Positions 20,952 to 30,939 of a stretch of 45,941 nt of DNA are shown here, one piece after another. The notes beneath the pieces are model-generated. The model was not told the origin of the DNA and ran no database searches. It worked only from the letters and a program-made list of their open reading frames with translations. This DNA is from Gammaproteobacteria bacterium. Its GTDB lineage: Bacteria > Pseudomonadota > Gammaproteobacteria > DSM-19610. The stretch covers positions 2,038,986-2,084,926 of the forward strand of contig CP070738.1 in NCBI GenBank assembly GCA_020347685.1, written 5' to 3'. How positions within the stretch are numbered: the first letter of the stretch is position 1; each line of letters starts with the position of its first letter. Position numbers and translations under genes: made by a program.

Positions 20952-22769
20952 ATGCCCAAGGTCCACGTTACCGATGTTATTCTGCGCGACGCCCACCAGT
21001 CGCTGATCGCGACCCGCATGCGCACCGAGGACATGTTGCCCATATGCGCAAAGCTAGACCAGATCGGTTACTGGTCGCTGGAGGTCTGGGGTGGCGCGAC
21101 CTTTGACGCGTGCCTGCGCTACCTCAAGGAAGACCCCTGGGAACGACTGAAACGACTCCGCCAGGCGCTTCCCAATACCCGACTGCAAATGCTGCTGCGC
21201 GGACAAAACCTGCTGGGTTATCGCCACTACTCCGATGACGTGGTGAAAGCCTTTGTTGCCAAGTCTGCCGAAGCCGGCATCGATGTATTCCGGATTTTCG
21301 ATGCCCTGAACGACATCCGCAACCTCGAAACCGCGATTGCCGCGGTCAAGGCAGCGGACAAGCATGCGCAGGGCGCGATCTGCTATACGGTCAGCCCGGT
21401 ACACGGCATCGCCCAGTTTGTCAGCATGGCAAAGCAGCTTGAGACCATGGGCTGTGACAGCATCGCCATCAAGGACATGGCCGGCCTGCTTACGCCCATG
21501 GTGACCGCGGAACTGGTCTCAGAGCTGGTCAGGGCGGTCGCTGTTCCCATCCATGTCCACTCGCACGCAACCGCGGGTATCGCGGAAATGTGCCACCTCA
21601 AGGCGATTGAGAACGGTTGCTGTCATATCGATACAGCGATTTCCTCCTTCGCAGGCGGCGCCTCACATCCACCCACCGAGAGCATGGTCGCGGCACTGCG
21701 TAACACCGACTACGACACGGGCCTCGACCTGAAGGCGCTGCAGGAGATCGGCTTCTATTTCCGCGAAATCCGCAAGAAGTATCACCAGTTCGAAAGCGAT
21801 ATGACCGGACTGGATACGCGGGTCCAGGTCTACCAGGTTCCCGGCGGCATGATTTCCAATCTGTACACGCAACTGCGCGAACAGGCTGCACTGAACCGTA
21901 TCGAAGAAGTGCTGCAGGAAATTCCGCGCGTTCGGGAAGATCTCGGTTACCCGCCGCTGGTAACGCCGACCTCACAGATTGTCGGAGCACAGGCAGTTCT
22001 GAATGTGCTGACCGGAGACCGCTACAAGACCATCAGCAACGAAGTAAAGCTCTACCTGCAGGGCCGCTACGGACGCGCTCCGGGTTCCGTTAACGGGATC
22101 GTCAGGCAGCAGGCCATCGGCAATGAAGACGTGATCGATGTCCGCCCGGCCGACCTGCTCAAAGCCGAGATGGACAATTTGCGACAGGAAATCGGGGAGC
22201 TGGCAAAAAGCGAAGAGGACGTGCTCAGCTATGCCATGTTCCCAGAGCTGGGCCGCGACTTTCTGGACAAACGCAACACGGGTACGTTGACCCCGGAGCC
22301 GCTGGAGCCGGTCCCGAGCCCCGGGGAACGCTGCGCCAAACCGTCCGAATTCAATGTTGCCCTGCACGGCGAGACCTATCATATCCAGATCACCGGCACC
22401 GGCCATCACACCCAGCAGAACAGGCCGTTCTACATGACGGTTGACGGCGTTCCTGAAGAGGTCCTGGTCGAGACACTCTCGGAACTGGAAGAAACCCAGG
22501 AGGGCACTGTCGCGACCCCGGTCAAAGGCAGCAAGCGGCCGCGGGCGACCGGTCCCGGCGACGTCACCGCATCGATGCCGGGCACCGTTATAGAGGTACT
22601 GGTGGAGGTCGGCCAGTCCGTGCAGGCAGGTGACCCGGTGCTGGTCACCGAGGCGATGAAAATGGAGACCGAGATCCAGGCCCCCATCGCCGGTACTGTC
22701 AAAGCGATACACGTCGCGAAGGGAGACAGCGTCAACCCCGACGAGACCCTGATCGAGATTACTGCCTGA
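20952..22769 (+). CDS. pycB: Pyruvate carboxylase subunit B (carboxyltransferase plus biotin carrier; OadA-like)
   Basis: LRDAHQSL, WGGATFD, IKDMAG, HSH, VTPTSQIVG and EAMKM (biotinylated Lys) motifs. Confidence 0.88.
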   Translation: MPKVHVTDVILRDAHQSLIATRMRTEDMLPICAKLDQIGYWSLEVWGGATFDACLRYLKEDPWERLKRLRQALPNTRLQMLLRGQNLLGYRHYSDDVVKAFVAKSAEAGIDVFRIFDALNDIRNLETAIAAVKAADKHAQGAICYTVSPVHGIAQFVSMAKQLETMGCDSIAIKDMAGLLTPMVTAELVSELVRAVAVPIHVHSHATAGIAEMCHLKAIENGCCHIDTAISSFAGGASHPPTESMVAALRNTDYDTGLDLKALQEIGFYFREIRKKYHQFESDMTGLDTRVQVYQVPGGMISNLYTQLREQAALNRIEEVLQEIPRVREDLGYPPLVTPTSQIVGAQAVLNVLTGDRYKTISNEVKLYLQGRYGRAPGSVNGIVRQQAIGNEDVIDVRPADLLKAEMDNLRQEIGELAKSEEDVLSYAMFPELGRDFLDKRNTGTLTPEPLEPVPSPGERCAKPSEFNVALHGETYHIQITGTGHHTQQNRPFYMTVDGVPEEVLVETLSELEETQEGTVATPVKGSKRPRATGPGDVTASMPGTVIEVLVEVGQSVQAGDPVLVTEAMKMETEIQAPIAGTVKAIHVAKGDSVNPDETLIEITA

Positions 22770-22800
22770 TTTTCATAGCGATTCCTAATTTATCGCCGTT

Positions 22801-22827
22801 TAAAGATTCAACCTGCTGCGCCGATCC
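22801..22827 (+). promoter_or_regulatory. Putative sigma28 (FliA) promoter of the GGDEF/EAL gene
   Basis: TAAA-N15-GCCGATCC, with TAAAG at -35 and GCCGAT at -10. Confidence 0.6.
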
Positions 22828-22967
22828 CTGTCTTATGGAGTGACGCGCCGACCGGTTTGCCCGTTTCCCGCCGCAGGCAACTCTCCTTTACAAATAACGA
22901 ATTAACGCGAGCGGCTTGTTCGGCAGCCCAATCCGGACAGAGCAGCGCGACGCTCAAGGGTGTTTCC

Positions 22968-25574
22968 ATGGTCGCAAACAGCCACAACGTTCTGCTTATC
23001 GAACCCTCGGCGACGCAACGCTATGTGCTGGAGCAAACTCTGCGGGCTGCGGGCCACAGTGTTGCGATCGCCGAGACGCTCGAAGTCGCTGTAGGGCTAC
23101 TGGCGAACGCCGGCCAGCCAGGCTTTGTAACCGAAGCCGTAGTGCTCGACTGGCCGGCGCAGACGCTGCCTGCGGCGAGCGATCTGTTGCTACTGCTCGG
23201 CAGTGAAGTGTGTTGCCACATTCCGGTCCTGGTGCTGTGTCCGGAGCCGGACATCGCACTCAATAACTGGTGCTCGGAACGCTCAAACAGGACTGTGCTG
23301 GAATGGCGCAACCGAAGCCGCGTCGGTGCAACACTCGAAACCCTGATCGCCGTGAGCAGCCTGCCTTCGCTGGCGCAAGCCGTGATTGCTCCCGAACCGG
23401 ATTCGATCCGGGTCCTGCTGGTCGACGATTCGCCCAGCGTGCGCTCCCATTACCGGAAACTGCTTATCGGGCACGGCTACCTGGTGGAAGTTGCTGCCAG
23501 CGTCGCCGATGGTTTCCGCAAGGCTCAACAGGAGCATTTCGATATCGCCATCGTCGACTACTTTATGCCCGACGGCAACGGCGACGTGCTGTGCCGGCGC
23601 CTGCACAATGACCCTGGCACCCGCGACATCAGCGTGGCCATGTTCACGGGCAGCTATGTCGAGAAGGTCATCAAGGATGCCCTGGATGCGGGCGCCACGG
23701 AATGCATGTTCAAGAATGAGGTCGATGCCCTGTTCCTGACGCGGGTAGCGGCCATGAGCCGCTCCATCCGCAGCAGGAGTTTCATCGAGGCCGAGCGCCA
23801 GCGCCTGCAGAGCATACTGCATTCGGTGGGTGACGGAGTGTACGGCGTGGACTCGCGTGGCTTGGTCTGTTTCGTCAATCCTGCCGCGCTACGCATCCTC
23901 GGTTACAAGCACGAGCGTGAGGTTCTCGGCCGCAGCCCCGTAGAGTGTTTCCACGGTACCGATGCGGACGGACAGCCTGTTGCGCGCCGGGCCTGTCGAT
24001 TGCAGCGTGCCTACGGCCGGTCCGCTATTCTGCGCGGGTGGGAGACGGTTTTCAGCAACTGCATCGGTGTGCAGGTACCGGTCGAGTGTACCGTCTACCC
24101 GATGTATCTGGATGGTGGGCTGGAAGGCTCGGTGGTGGCATTTCGGGATATCTCGGAACGCAAGAGTTTCGAGGAGAAACTGCGCTGGCAGGCGAGCCAC
24201 GATCCGCTCACGGAATTGTTCAATCGCCGCTATTTCGAAGACGCGCTGGATAAGGAATTCGAACGTTTGACGCGCAGCAGTGAGATCAGCGCGCTGCTGT
24301 ATATCGATCTGGACCGGTTCAAATACATCAATGACACGGCGAGCCACGATGCCGGTGACCGACTGCTGGTGCATGTCGGTGAACGGCTGCGGGCGCGTTT
24401 GCGCAGCACCGACACCCTCGCCCGTCTCGGCGGCGACGAGTTTGTGGTGCTGCTTCGCAATGTCGACAACAGCTTCCTGCACAGCGTGGCCGATGCGTTC
24501 CGCGCCACGGTGGGCCAGGTCTGTTTCCATTACGAGGGCAAGTCCTACAGCGTCCAGGGCAGCGTGGGTGTCGCCACATTCGACGGCAGCTGTGCATCGC
24601 CTGGCGACATCCTGGCGCGCGCTGACATGGCCTGCCACGTCGCCAAGACGGCGGGCGGTAACCAGGTACACCTGTATGTAGAGGCCAACGATTACCGTTC
24701 AGAGATGGGCGCCGATCTGGGCTGGTCAGCAAGACTTAGAGAGGCCATTGACCAGGATCTGTTCGAGCTTCATTTCCATCCCATCGTCCCCATAGCGGCG
24801 ATCGATATGGAAAATCTGCCCGACGAGTCCGGGGTTATCTGGAGCCAGATCGCCAGCGATCCTGCGAAAGTAAAAATATGCTTTGAGGTGCTGCTGAGAC
24901 TGCGTGCTCCGGACAGTTCGCTGATCATGCCCGGCGCATTCCTGCCCAGCGCCGAGCGCTTCCATCTCATGCCGGAAATCGACCTCTGGGTTTTGCACCG
25001 GGCAATCAGGGCGCTGGGGGCATTTCAAAGAGTCTGGAAAGCGGTCGTGTTCGCCATCAACCTCGCCGGCCAGACCCTCATCAAGCCCGATCTGGTTGGG
25101 CGCATTCGCGCTCTGCTGGCGCAATACGAGGTCGCCCCGGGGAGCATTGCATTCGAGATTACGGAAACATCGGCGATTGCGAATCTGCCTGCCGCCCAGC
25201 GCGTCATCAACGAGCTGGCAGCGCTTGGCTGTCAGTTTTCGCTGGACGATTTCGGTACCGGTTTCAGTTCCTTCGCTCACCTCAAACATCTGAACGTGGA
25301 CTGCGTAAAGATCGACGGTCTGTTTGTGCGCGGTATGACCAAGGATCCCACTGACCACGCAATGGTGATCTCGATGAACGACATCGCCCACTTCCTCGGT
25401 CAGACGACCGTGGCCGAATACGTGGAGAGCGGCGAAATCCTGAAATTGCTGTCTGAATGCGGTGTCGATCAGGTGCAGGGGTTCTTTATCGCCCGGCCCA
25501 TCCCGGAACAGCTCGCCTGCCCTGGCGAGCCGGTCGGCGACACGCTGCTGCTAGACACCGAGGAGTTCGAGTAG
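22968..25574 (+). CDS. REC(degenerate)-REC-PAS-GGDEF-EAL diguanylate cyclase/phosphodiesterase
   Basis: LLVDDS..VDYFMPDGNG receiver; FVNPAA PAS; HDPLT, DLDRFKYIND, RSTD I-site and GGDEF; EVLLR, FEITE, DDFGTG, KIDG, AEYVE and QGF EAL motifs. ATG at 22968. Confidence 0.93.
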   Translation: MVANSHNVLLIEPSATQRYVLEQTLRAAGHSVAIAETLEVAVGLLANAGQPGFVTEAVVLDWPAQTLPAASDLLLLLGSEVCCHIPVLVLCPEPDIALNNWCSERSNRTVLEWRNRSRVGATLETLIAVSSLPSLAQAVIAPEPDSIRVLLVDDSPSVRSHYRKLLIGHGYLVEVAASVADGFRKAQQEHFDIAIVDYFMPDGNGDVLCRRLHNDPGTRDISVAMFTGSYVEKVIKDALDAGATECMFKNEVDALFLTRVAAMSRSIRSRSFIEAERQRLQSILHSVGDGVYGVDSRGLVCFVNPAALRILGYKHEREVLGRSPVECFHGTDADGQPVARRACRLQRAYGRSAILRGWETVFSNCIGVQVPVECTVYPMYLDGGLEGSVVAFRDISERKSFEEKLRWQASHDPLTELFNRRYFEDALDKEFERLTRSSEISALLYIDLDRFKYINDTASHDAGDRLLVHVGERLRARLRSTDTLARLGGDEFVVLLRNVDNSFLHSVADAFRATVGQVCFHYEGKSYSVQGSVGVATFDGSCASPGDILARADMACHVAKTAGGNQVHLYVEANDYRSEMGADLGWSARLREAIDQDLFELHFHPIVPIAAIDMENLPDESGVIWSQIASDPAKVKICFEVLLRLRAPDSSLIMPGAFLPSAERFHLMPEIDLWVLHRAIRALGAFQRVWKAVVFAINLAGQTLIKPDLVGRIRALLAQYEVAPGSIAFEITETSAIANLPAAQRVINELAALGCQFSLDDFGTGFSSFAHLKHLNVDCVKIDGLFVRGMTKDPTDHAMVISMNDIAHFLGQTTVAEYVESGEILKLLSECGVDQVQGFFIARPIPEQLACPGEPVGDTLLLDTEEFE

Positions 25575-25638
25575 AGCCCGAAAACGGGCCGTACGGGGAC
25601 ATAGAACGGCTGCCGCGTCCGGACCATGGGTCCTGACG

Positions 25639-25680
25639 TTGACCTGGGTCAACGCGGCAGGCGCCGAAACCGATTATAAA
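25639..25680 (+). promoter_or_regulatory. FNR/ANR/DNR-type box and -10 element (class II promoter) upstream of ppk2
   Basis: Palindrome TTGAC-CTGG-GTCAA at 25639-25652 and TATAAA at 25675-25680. The box centre falls at about -41.5. Confidence 0.7.
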
Positions 25681-25707
25681 GGGAAATTATGCCTTGGGAG
25701 GTTCAAC

Positions 25708-26637
25708 ATGCTGGAAAAGCCCGTGAAAGAGATCAGCGACCAACCAGACGTGGCGAAAACCGCCAAGTCCGCTCACAAGAACCCGAAGAATTTGAGTAAA
25801 CATGACATCTTCAAGAAGGGCACTTACCCTTACAGCCAGAAGATGTCGCGTGCCGAATACGAAGAAAAAAAGGCGCAGCTGCAGATCGAGTTGCTCAAGA
25901 TGCAGAACTGGGTCAAGGAAAGCGGGCAACGCCTCCTGTTTCTTTTCGAGGGCCGAGACGCGGCCGGCAAGGGCGGTACCATCAAGCGTTTCATGGAACA
26001 CCTGAACCCGCGCGGTGCCAGCGTGGTGGCACTGGAAAAACCCTCGGATGCCGAGCGGGGACAGTGGTATTTCCAGCGCTACATACAACATTTGCCGACC
26101 GCCGGCGAAATCGTCATGTTCGACCGGTCCTGGTACAACCGTGCCGGTGTCGAGAGAGTGATGAAGTTCTGCACTTCCGCCGAATACCTGGAGTTCATGC
26201 GGCAGGCCCCCGAGCTCGAGCGCATGCTGGTACGCAGCGGCATACGGCTGTTCAAATTCTGGTTTTCCGTGAGCCGTCAGGAGCAGTTCCGCCGTTTCCA
26301 GGCGCGCCGCAAGGATCCGCTCAAACAGTGGAAACTGAGTCCCATCGATATGGCTTCGCTGGACAAATGGGAGGATTACACCGAAGCAAAAGAGGCGATG
26401 TTCTTTTACACCGACACCGCAGATGCGCCCTGGACGGTGATCAAATCGGACGACAAGAAAAGGGCTCGCATCAACGCCATGCGCTATGTCCTGAGCCAGG
26501 TGCCCTACCCCAACAAGAACCCTGACATCAACCTGGTTCCCGATCCCCTGATCGTCGGTTCGGCGGCGGTGATTTATGAAGAAGGTGAGCATGTCCTGAC
26601 CTCTGAGGACCAGGTATCATCGGGCGACGACAAGTAG
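25708..26637 (+). CDS. ppk2: Polyphosphate kinase 2 (single-domain, class I-like)
   Basis: FEGRDAAGKGGTIKRF Walker A, QWYFQRY, FDRSWYNRAGVE and WKLSP motifs. GGAGG SD before the ATG at 25708. Confidence 0.96.
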   Translation: MLEKPVKEISDQPDVAKTAKSAHKNPKNLSKHDIFKKGTYPYSQKMSRAEYEEKKAQLQIELLKMQNWVKESGQRLLFLFEGRDAAGKGGTIKRFMEHLNPRGASVVALEKPSDAERGQWYFQRYIQHLPTAGEIVMFDRSWYNRAGVERVMKFCTSAEYLEFMRQAPELERMLVRSGIRLFKFWFSVSRQEQFRRFQARRKDPLKQWKLSPIDMASLDKWEDYTEAKEAMFFYTDTADAPWTVIKSDDKKRARINAMRYVLSQVPYPNKNPDINLVPDPLIVGSAAVIYEEGEHVLTSEDQVSSGDDK

Positions 26638-26661
26638 CTTTGAGGGGAGGATGGAAACGTT

Positions 26662-26922
26662 ATGACAAAAATGCAATCCACGCGCGCGCAGAAAGTGGTA
26701 GAGCACTTCAAGCAGGTGCTGAGTCCGTCGGGCCGCAAGGCGGTTACTGAAACCCACTTCGAGGAGCTGTCCCTGATGGTCGAGTCTGCCATCGAGGCCG
26801 CGGTTCTGGAGGAAGTGGCCGGCTACGCAAACCGGCTTGAGGCGCTCATAGCCGAAATGAAGCACGACGCGGCCATCTTCGACGAAACCTCAACCATCGC
26901 CAAACAGCGCGCGCAACGGTAA
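26662..26922 (+). CDS. Small hypothetical, probably alpha-helical protein (86 aa)
   Basis: Strong SD (GAGGGGAGG), 24 nt after the ppk2 stop, GC3-rich codon usage, fills the gap before serS. Confidence 0.75.
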   Translation: MTKMQSTRAQKVVEHFKQVLSPSGRKAVTETHFEELSLMVESAIEAAVLEEVAGYANRLEALIAEMKHDAAIFDETSTIAKQRAQR

Positions 26923-26952
26923 AGGCCTATCTTTGGCCGCGACCGCGTGACA

Positions 26953-28558
<1,606 letters not shown>

Positions 28559-28562
<4 letters not shown>

Positions 28563-28933
28563 AACTGCCTCGCTATGGCAACTCCCAGGGCCGCTGCGCC
28601 GATGCACAGCACTACACTCAGTACCGCGTTGCTTGCGGCCCGCATAAGCTGTCCGCTTTCCATCAGGTTAAGGGTCTCAATCGAAAACGTGGAAAACGTC
28701 GTGAATGCGCCCAGCAAGCCGATCAGCAGGAACGCGCGCAGGGCGCCGCCTGCCAGCATGCGTTCCAGCAGCCATATGTACAGAAAGCCCATGACCAGGC
28801 TGCCGGCGACGTTGACCAGCAGCGTTCCGTAGGGAAACGCGCTCCCCGTCAATGCATAAGTGGCGTTCGATACCCAGTAGCGCAGCAAGGCCCCTAGCGC
28901 CCCGCCCCCGGCAATCGCGAGCAGCTGATTCAT
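28559..28933 (-). CDS. crcB: Fluoride efflux channel CrcB/Fluc
   Basis: GGGALGALLRY, FPYGTLLVN and GLLGAFTTFSTFSIE motifs. Start at ATG 28933. Confidence 0.95.
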
Positions 28934-28970
28934 GGCGGCCAATGGTACCGAAAGCCCGGCGCATACGCAT

Positions 28971-30293
28971 TTATTTGTCGGACTTCTGCGCGCGCTTGTC
29001 GAGCTCTCGCAGGTGTTGAAGCTTTTCGCGGATGCGGATTTCCAGACCCCGCTCCACGGGCTGATAGTAGTGCACGCCCTCCAGCTCCTCGGGCAGGTAG
29101 TTTTCACCGGCCGCATAGGCTTCGGGTTCATCGTGCGCGTAACGGTAGCGCTTGCCGTAGCCGAGTTCCTTCATCAACCGGGTGGGTGCGTTCCTGAGGT
29201 GCACCGGCACCTCCAGTGAGCCGTGGCTGCTGGCGTCGCGCCGCGCCGCGCCGAACGCCGTGTACACGGCATTGCTCTTGGGCGCGCACGCCATGTACAC
29301 GACTGCCTGGGCAATCGCCAGTTCGCCTTCGGGGCTGCCCAGGCGCTCCTGTACATCCCAGGCGTTCAGCGCCAGTGTCAAGGCGCGCGGATCGGCGTTG
29401 CCGATGTCTTCCGACGCCATACGCACCACCCGGCGCGCGATATACAGCGCATCGCAGCCCCCGTCCAGCATACGCGCCAGCCAGTACAGTGCTGCATCGG
29501 GCGAGGAACCGCGCACCGACTTGTGCAGCGCCGATATCTGGTCGTAGAACGCCTCCCCGCCCTTGTCGAAACGGCGCACGCCCCCGCTGATGACCTCGGC
29601 GACGGTATCGGCGTTTACGTTTTGTCCGGCGTCGGCCAGGTCAAAGGCAATTTCCAGCAGACTCAATGCGCGGCGCGCATCACCGTCAGCCGCCTTTGCA
29701 ATGGTCTCGAGCTCGGCGTGCTCGATACCGATGCCGAGTGCCGCCAGCCCGCGTTCCGCGTCGCGCAGTGCCTGTTCCAGGACCGCGACCAGTTCCTCCT
29801 CGCTGAGCCGCTTGAGCACGTAGGTGCGCGCGCGCGACAGCAGCGCGTTGTTCAATTCGAAGGAAGGGTTTTCGGTAGTGGCACCGACAAACACCACGGT
29901 GCCGTTTTCCACGAAGGGCAGAAACGCGTCCTGCTGCGCCTTGTTGAAGCGGTGCACTTCGTCCACGAACAGCAGCGTGCCGCGGCCCTCGACCTGCTGG
30001 CGCTGCTGCGCCAGCTCCACGGCGTGGCGTACGTCCTTGACCCCCGCCAGCACCGCGGACAAGGGCACGAATTCCGCCCCGGAGGTGTCCGCCAGCAGGT
30101 GCGCCAGGGTGGTCTTGCCGGTTCCGGGCGGCCCCCAGAACACCATGGAGTGGAGCTGGCCCCTTTCGACCGCCTGGCGCAGCGGTTTGCCGCGGCCCAG
30201 CAGATGCGGCTGGCCGATGAATTCGTCCAGGTTACGTGGCCGCATGCGGTCTGCCAGCGGGCGGAACTCGGGGCGCGGCGGCGCCGCTGTCAT
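28971..30293 (-). CDS. rarA: Replication-associated recombination protein A (AAA+ ATPase)
   Basis: PLADRMRP, WGPPGTGKTT, FVDEVHRFNKAQQD, ATTENPSF and SALHKSVRGS motifs. Confidence 0.97.
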   Translation of the reverse strand: MTAAPPRPEFRPLADRMRPRNLDEFIGQPHLLGRGKPLRQAVERGQLHSMVFWGPPGTGKTTLAHLLADTSGAEFVPLSAVLAGVKDVRHAVELAQQRQQVEGRGTLLFVDEVHRFNKAQQDAFLPFVENGTVVFVGATTENPSFELNNALLSRARTYVLKRLSEEELVAVLEQALRDAERGLAALGIGIEHAELETIAKAADGDARRALSLLEIAFDLADAGQNVNADTVAEVISGGVRRFDKGGEAFYDQISALHKSVRGSSPDAALYWLARMLDGGCDALYIARRVVRMASEDIGNADPRALTLALNAWDVQERLGSPEGELAIAQAVVYMACAPKSNAVYTAFGAARRDASSHGSLEVPVHLRNAPTRLMKELGYGKRYRYAHDEPEAYAAGENYLPEELEGVHYYQPVERGLEIRIREKLQHLRELDKRAQKSDK

Positions 30294-30913
30294 GGTGTGT
30301 CGCCGATAATATCGGTACCCGGCGGCAGCTGGATCCGGAAACGGCCCGGATCGATGGCCTGATTGCGCGTGATGTCGGAAAAACGGATGCGGGTATGGTT
30401 ACCGAAGCCGTCGCGGACTTCGATGATGGCAAGCTGTCCACCCTCGAAGGCGATCTGCACCTCCTCTACCGCGGCATCCTCCTGTTTCGGGTCCAGCCGG
30501 TACCAGGTCTTGCCATCGCGGCTACCGGTTTCAGCCCAGCGCATCACCGCTTCCAGTGGTCTGAATCCGCTCAGCAACATGGCGGGGGTGCTGCTCAGTG
30601 CCTCGTCCACTGGCTCTACCGTCGCCTGTTCCAGGTCTTCATCGTAGGTCCACAGCCGCTCACCGTCGGCAACAATGAGCTGCCGGTAGGGTGTCTCGTA
30701 ATCCCAGCGGAAACGTCCCGGTCGTTGAATCCATACCCTGCCCTGCGCGTCCTGCACCAGCTCGCCGTTGCTGTCCGTAACCGTCTGGGAAAAGCTGGAC
30801 TGGAAGGTATCGAGACCGGAGAAATAATCGGCGATCAGGTCGGCGGCAGAACTGGTGTGTGTGCAGAGGCTCAGCACCAGCAGAGCAATACCCGCGTACC
30901 AGGGTTTCTTCAT
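30290..30913 (-). CDS. lolA: Outer-membrane lipoprotein chaperone LolA
   Basis: Signal peptide; RPGRFRW.Y, IVADG..LW.YD.DLEQ.T and STPAMLLSG motifs. ftsK-lolA-rarA synteny. Alternative start at 30940. Confidence 0.94.
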   Translation of the reverse strand: MKKPWYAGIALLVLSLCTHTSSAADLIADYFSGLDTFQSSFSQTVTDSNGELVQDAQGRVWIQRPGRFRWDYETPYRQLIVADGERLWTYDEDLEQATVEPVDEALSSTPAMLLSGFRPLEAVMRWAETGSRDGKTWYRLDPKQEDAAVEEVQIAFEGGQLAIIEVRDGFGNHTRIRFSDITRNQAIDPGRFRIQLPPGTDIIGDTP

Positions 30914-30939
30914 CAGGGGCCTGCGCTCTTGTAGCAGCA

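Noticed and set aside
20952-22769. Na+-pumping oxaloacetate decarboxylase alpha subunit
   Set aside because: No membrane beta/gamma subunit genes are adjacent, and pairing with a biotin carboxylase favours pyruvate carboxylase.
22830-22967. c-di-GMP riboswitch in the leader of the GGDEF/EAL gene
   Set aside because: No GEMM-type two-hairpin architecture with GNRA loop and receptor is visible.
26651-26665. Four-codon mini-ORF (METL) overlapping the start of the 86-aa gene
   Set aside because: SD spacing is poor and such mini-ORFs arise often by chance; nothing else supports it.
28934-28970. Fluoride riboswitch upstream of crcB
   Set aside because: The spacer is only 37 nt and lacks the GGCGATGG...CTGATG-type core.
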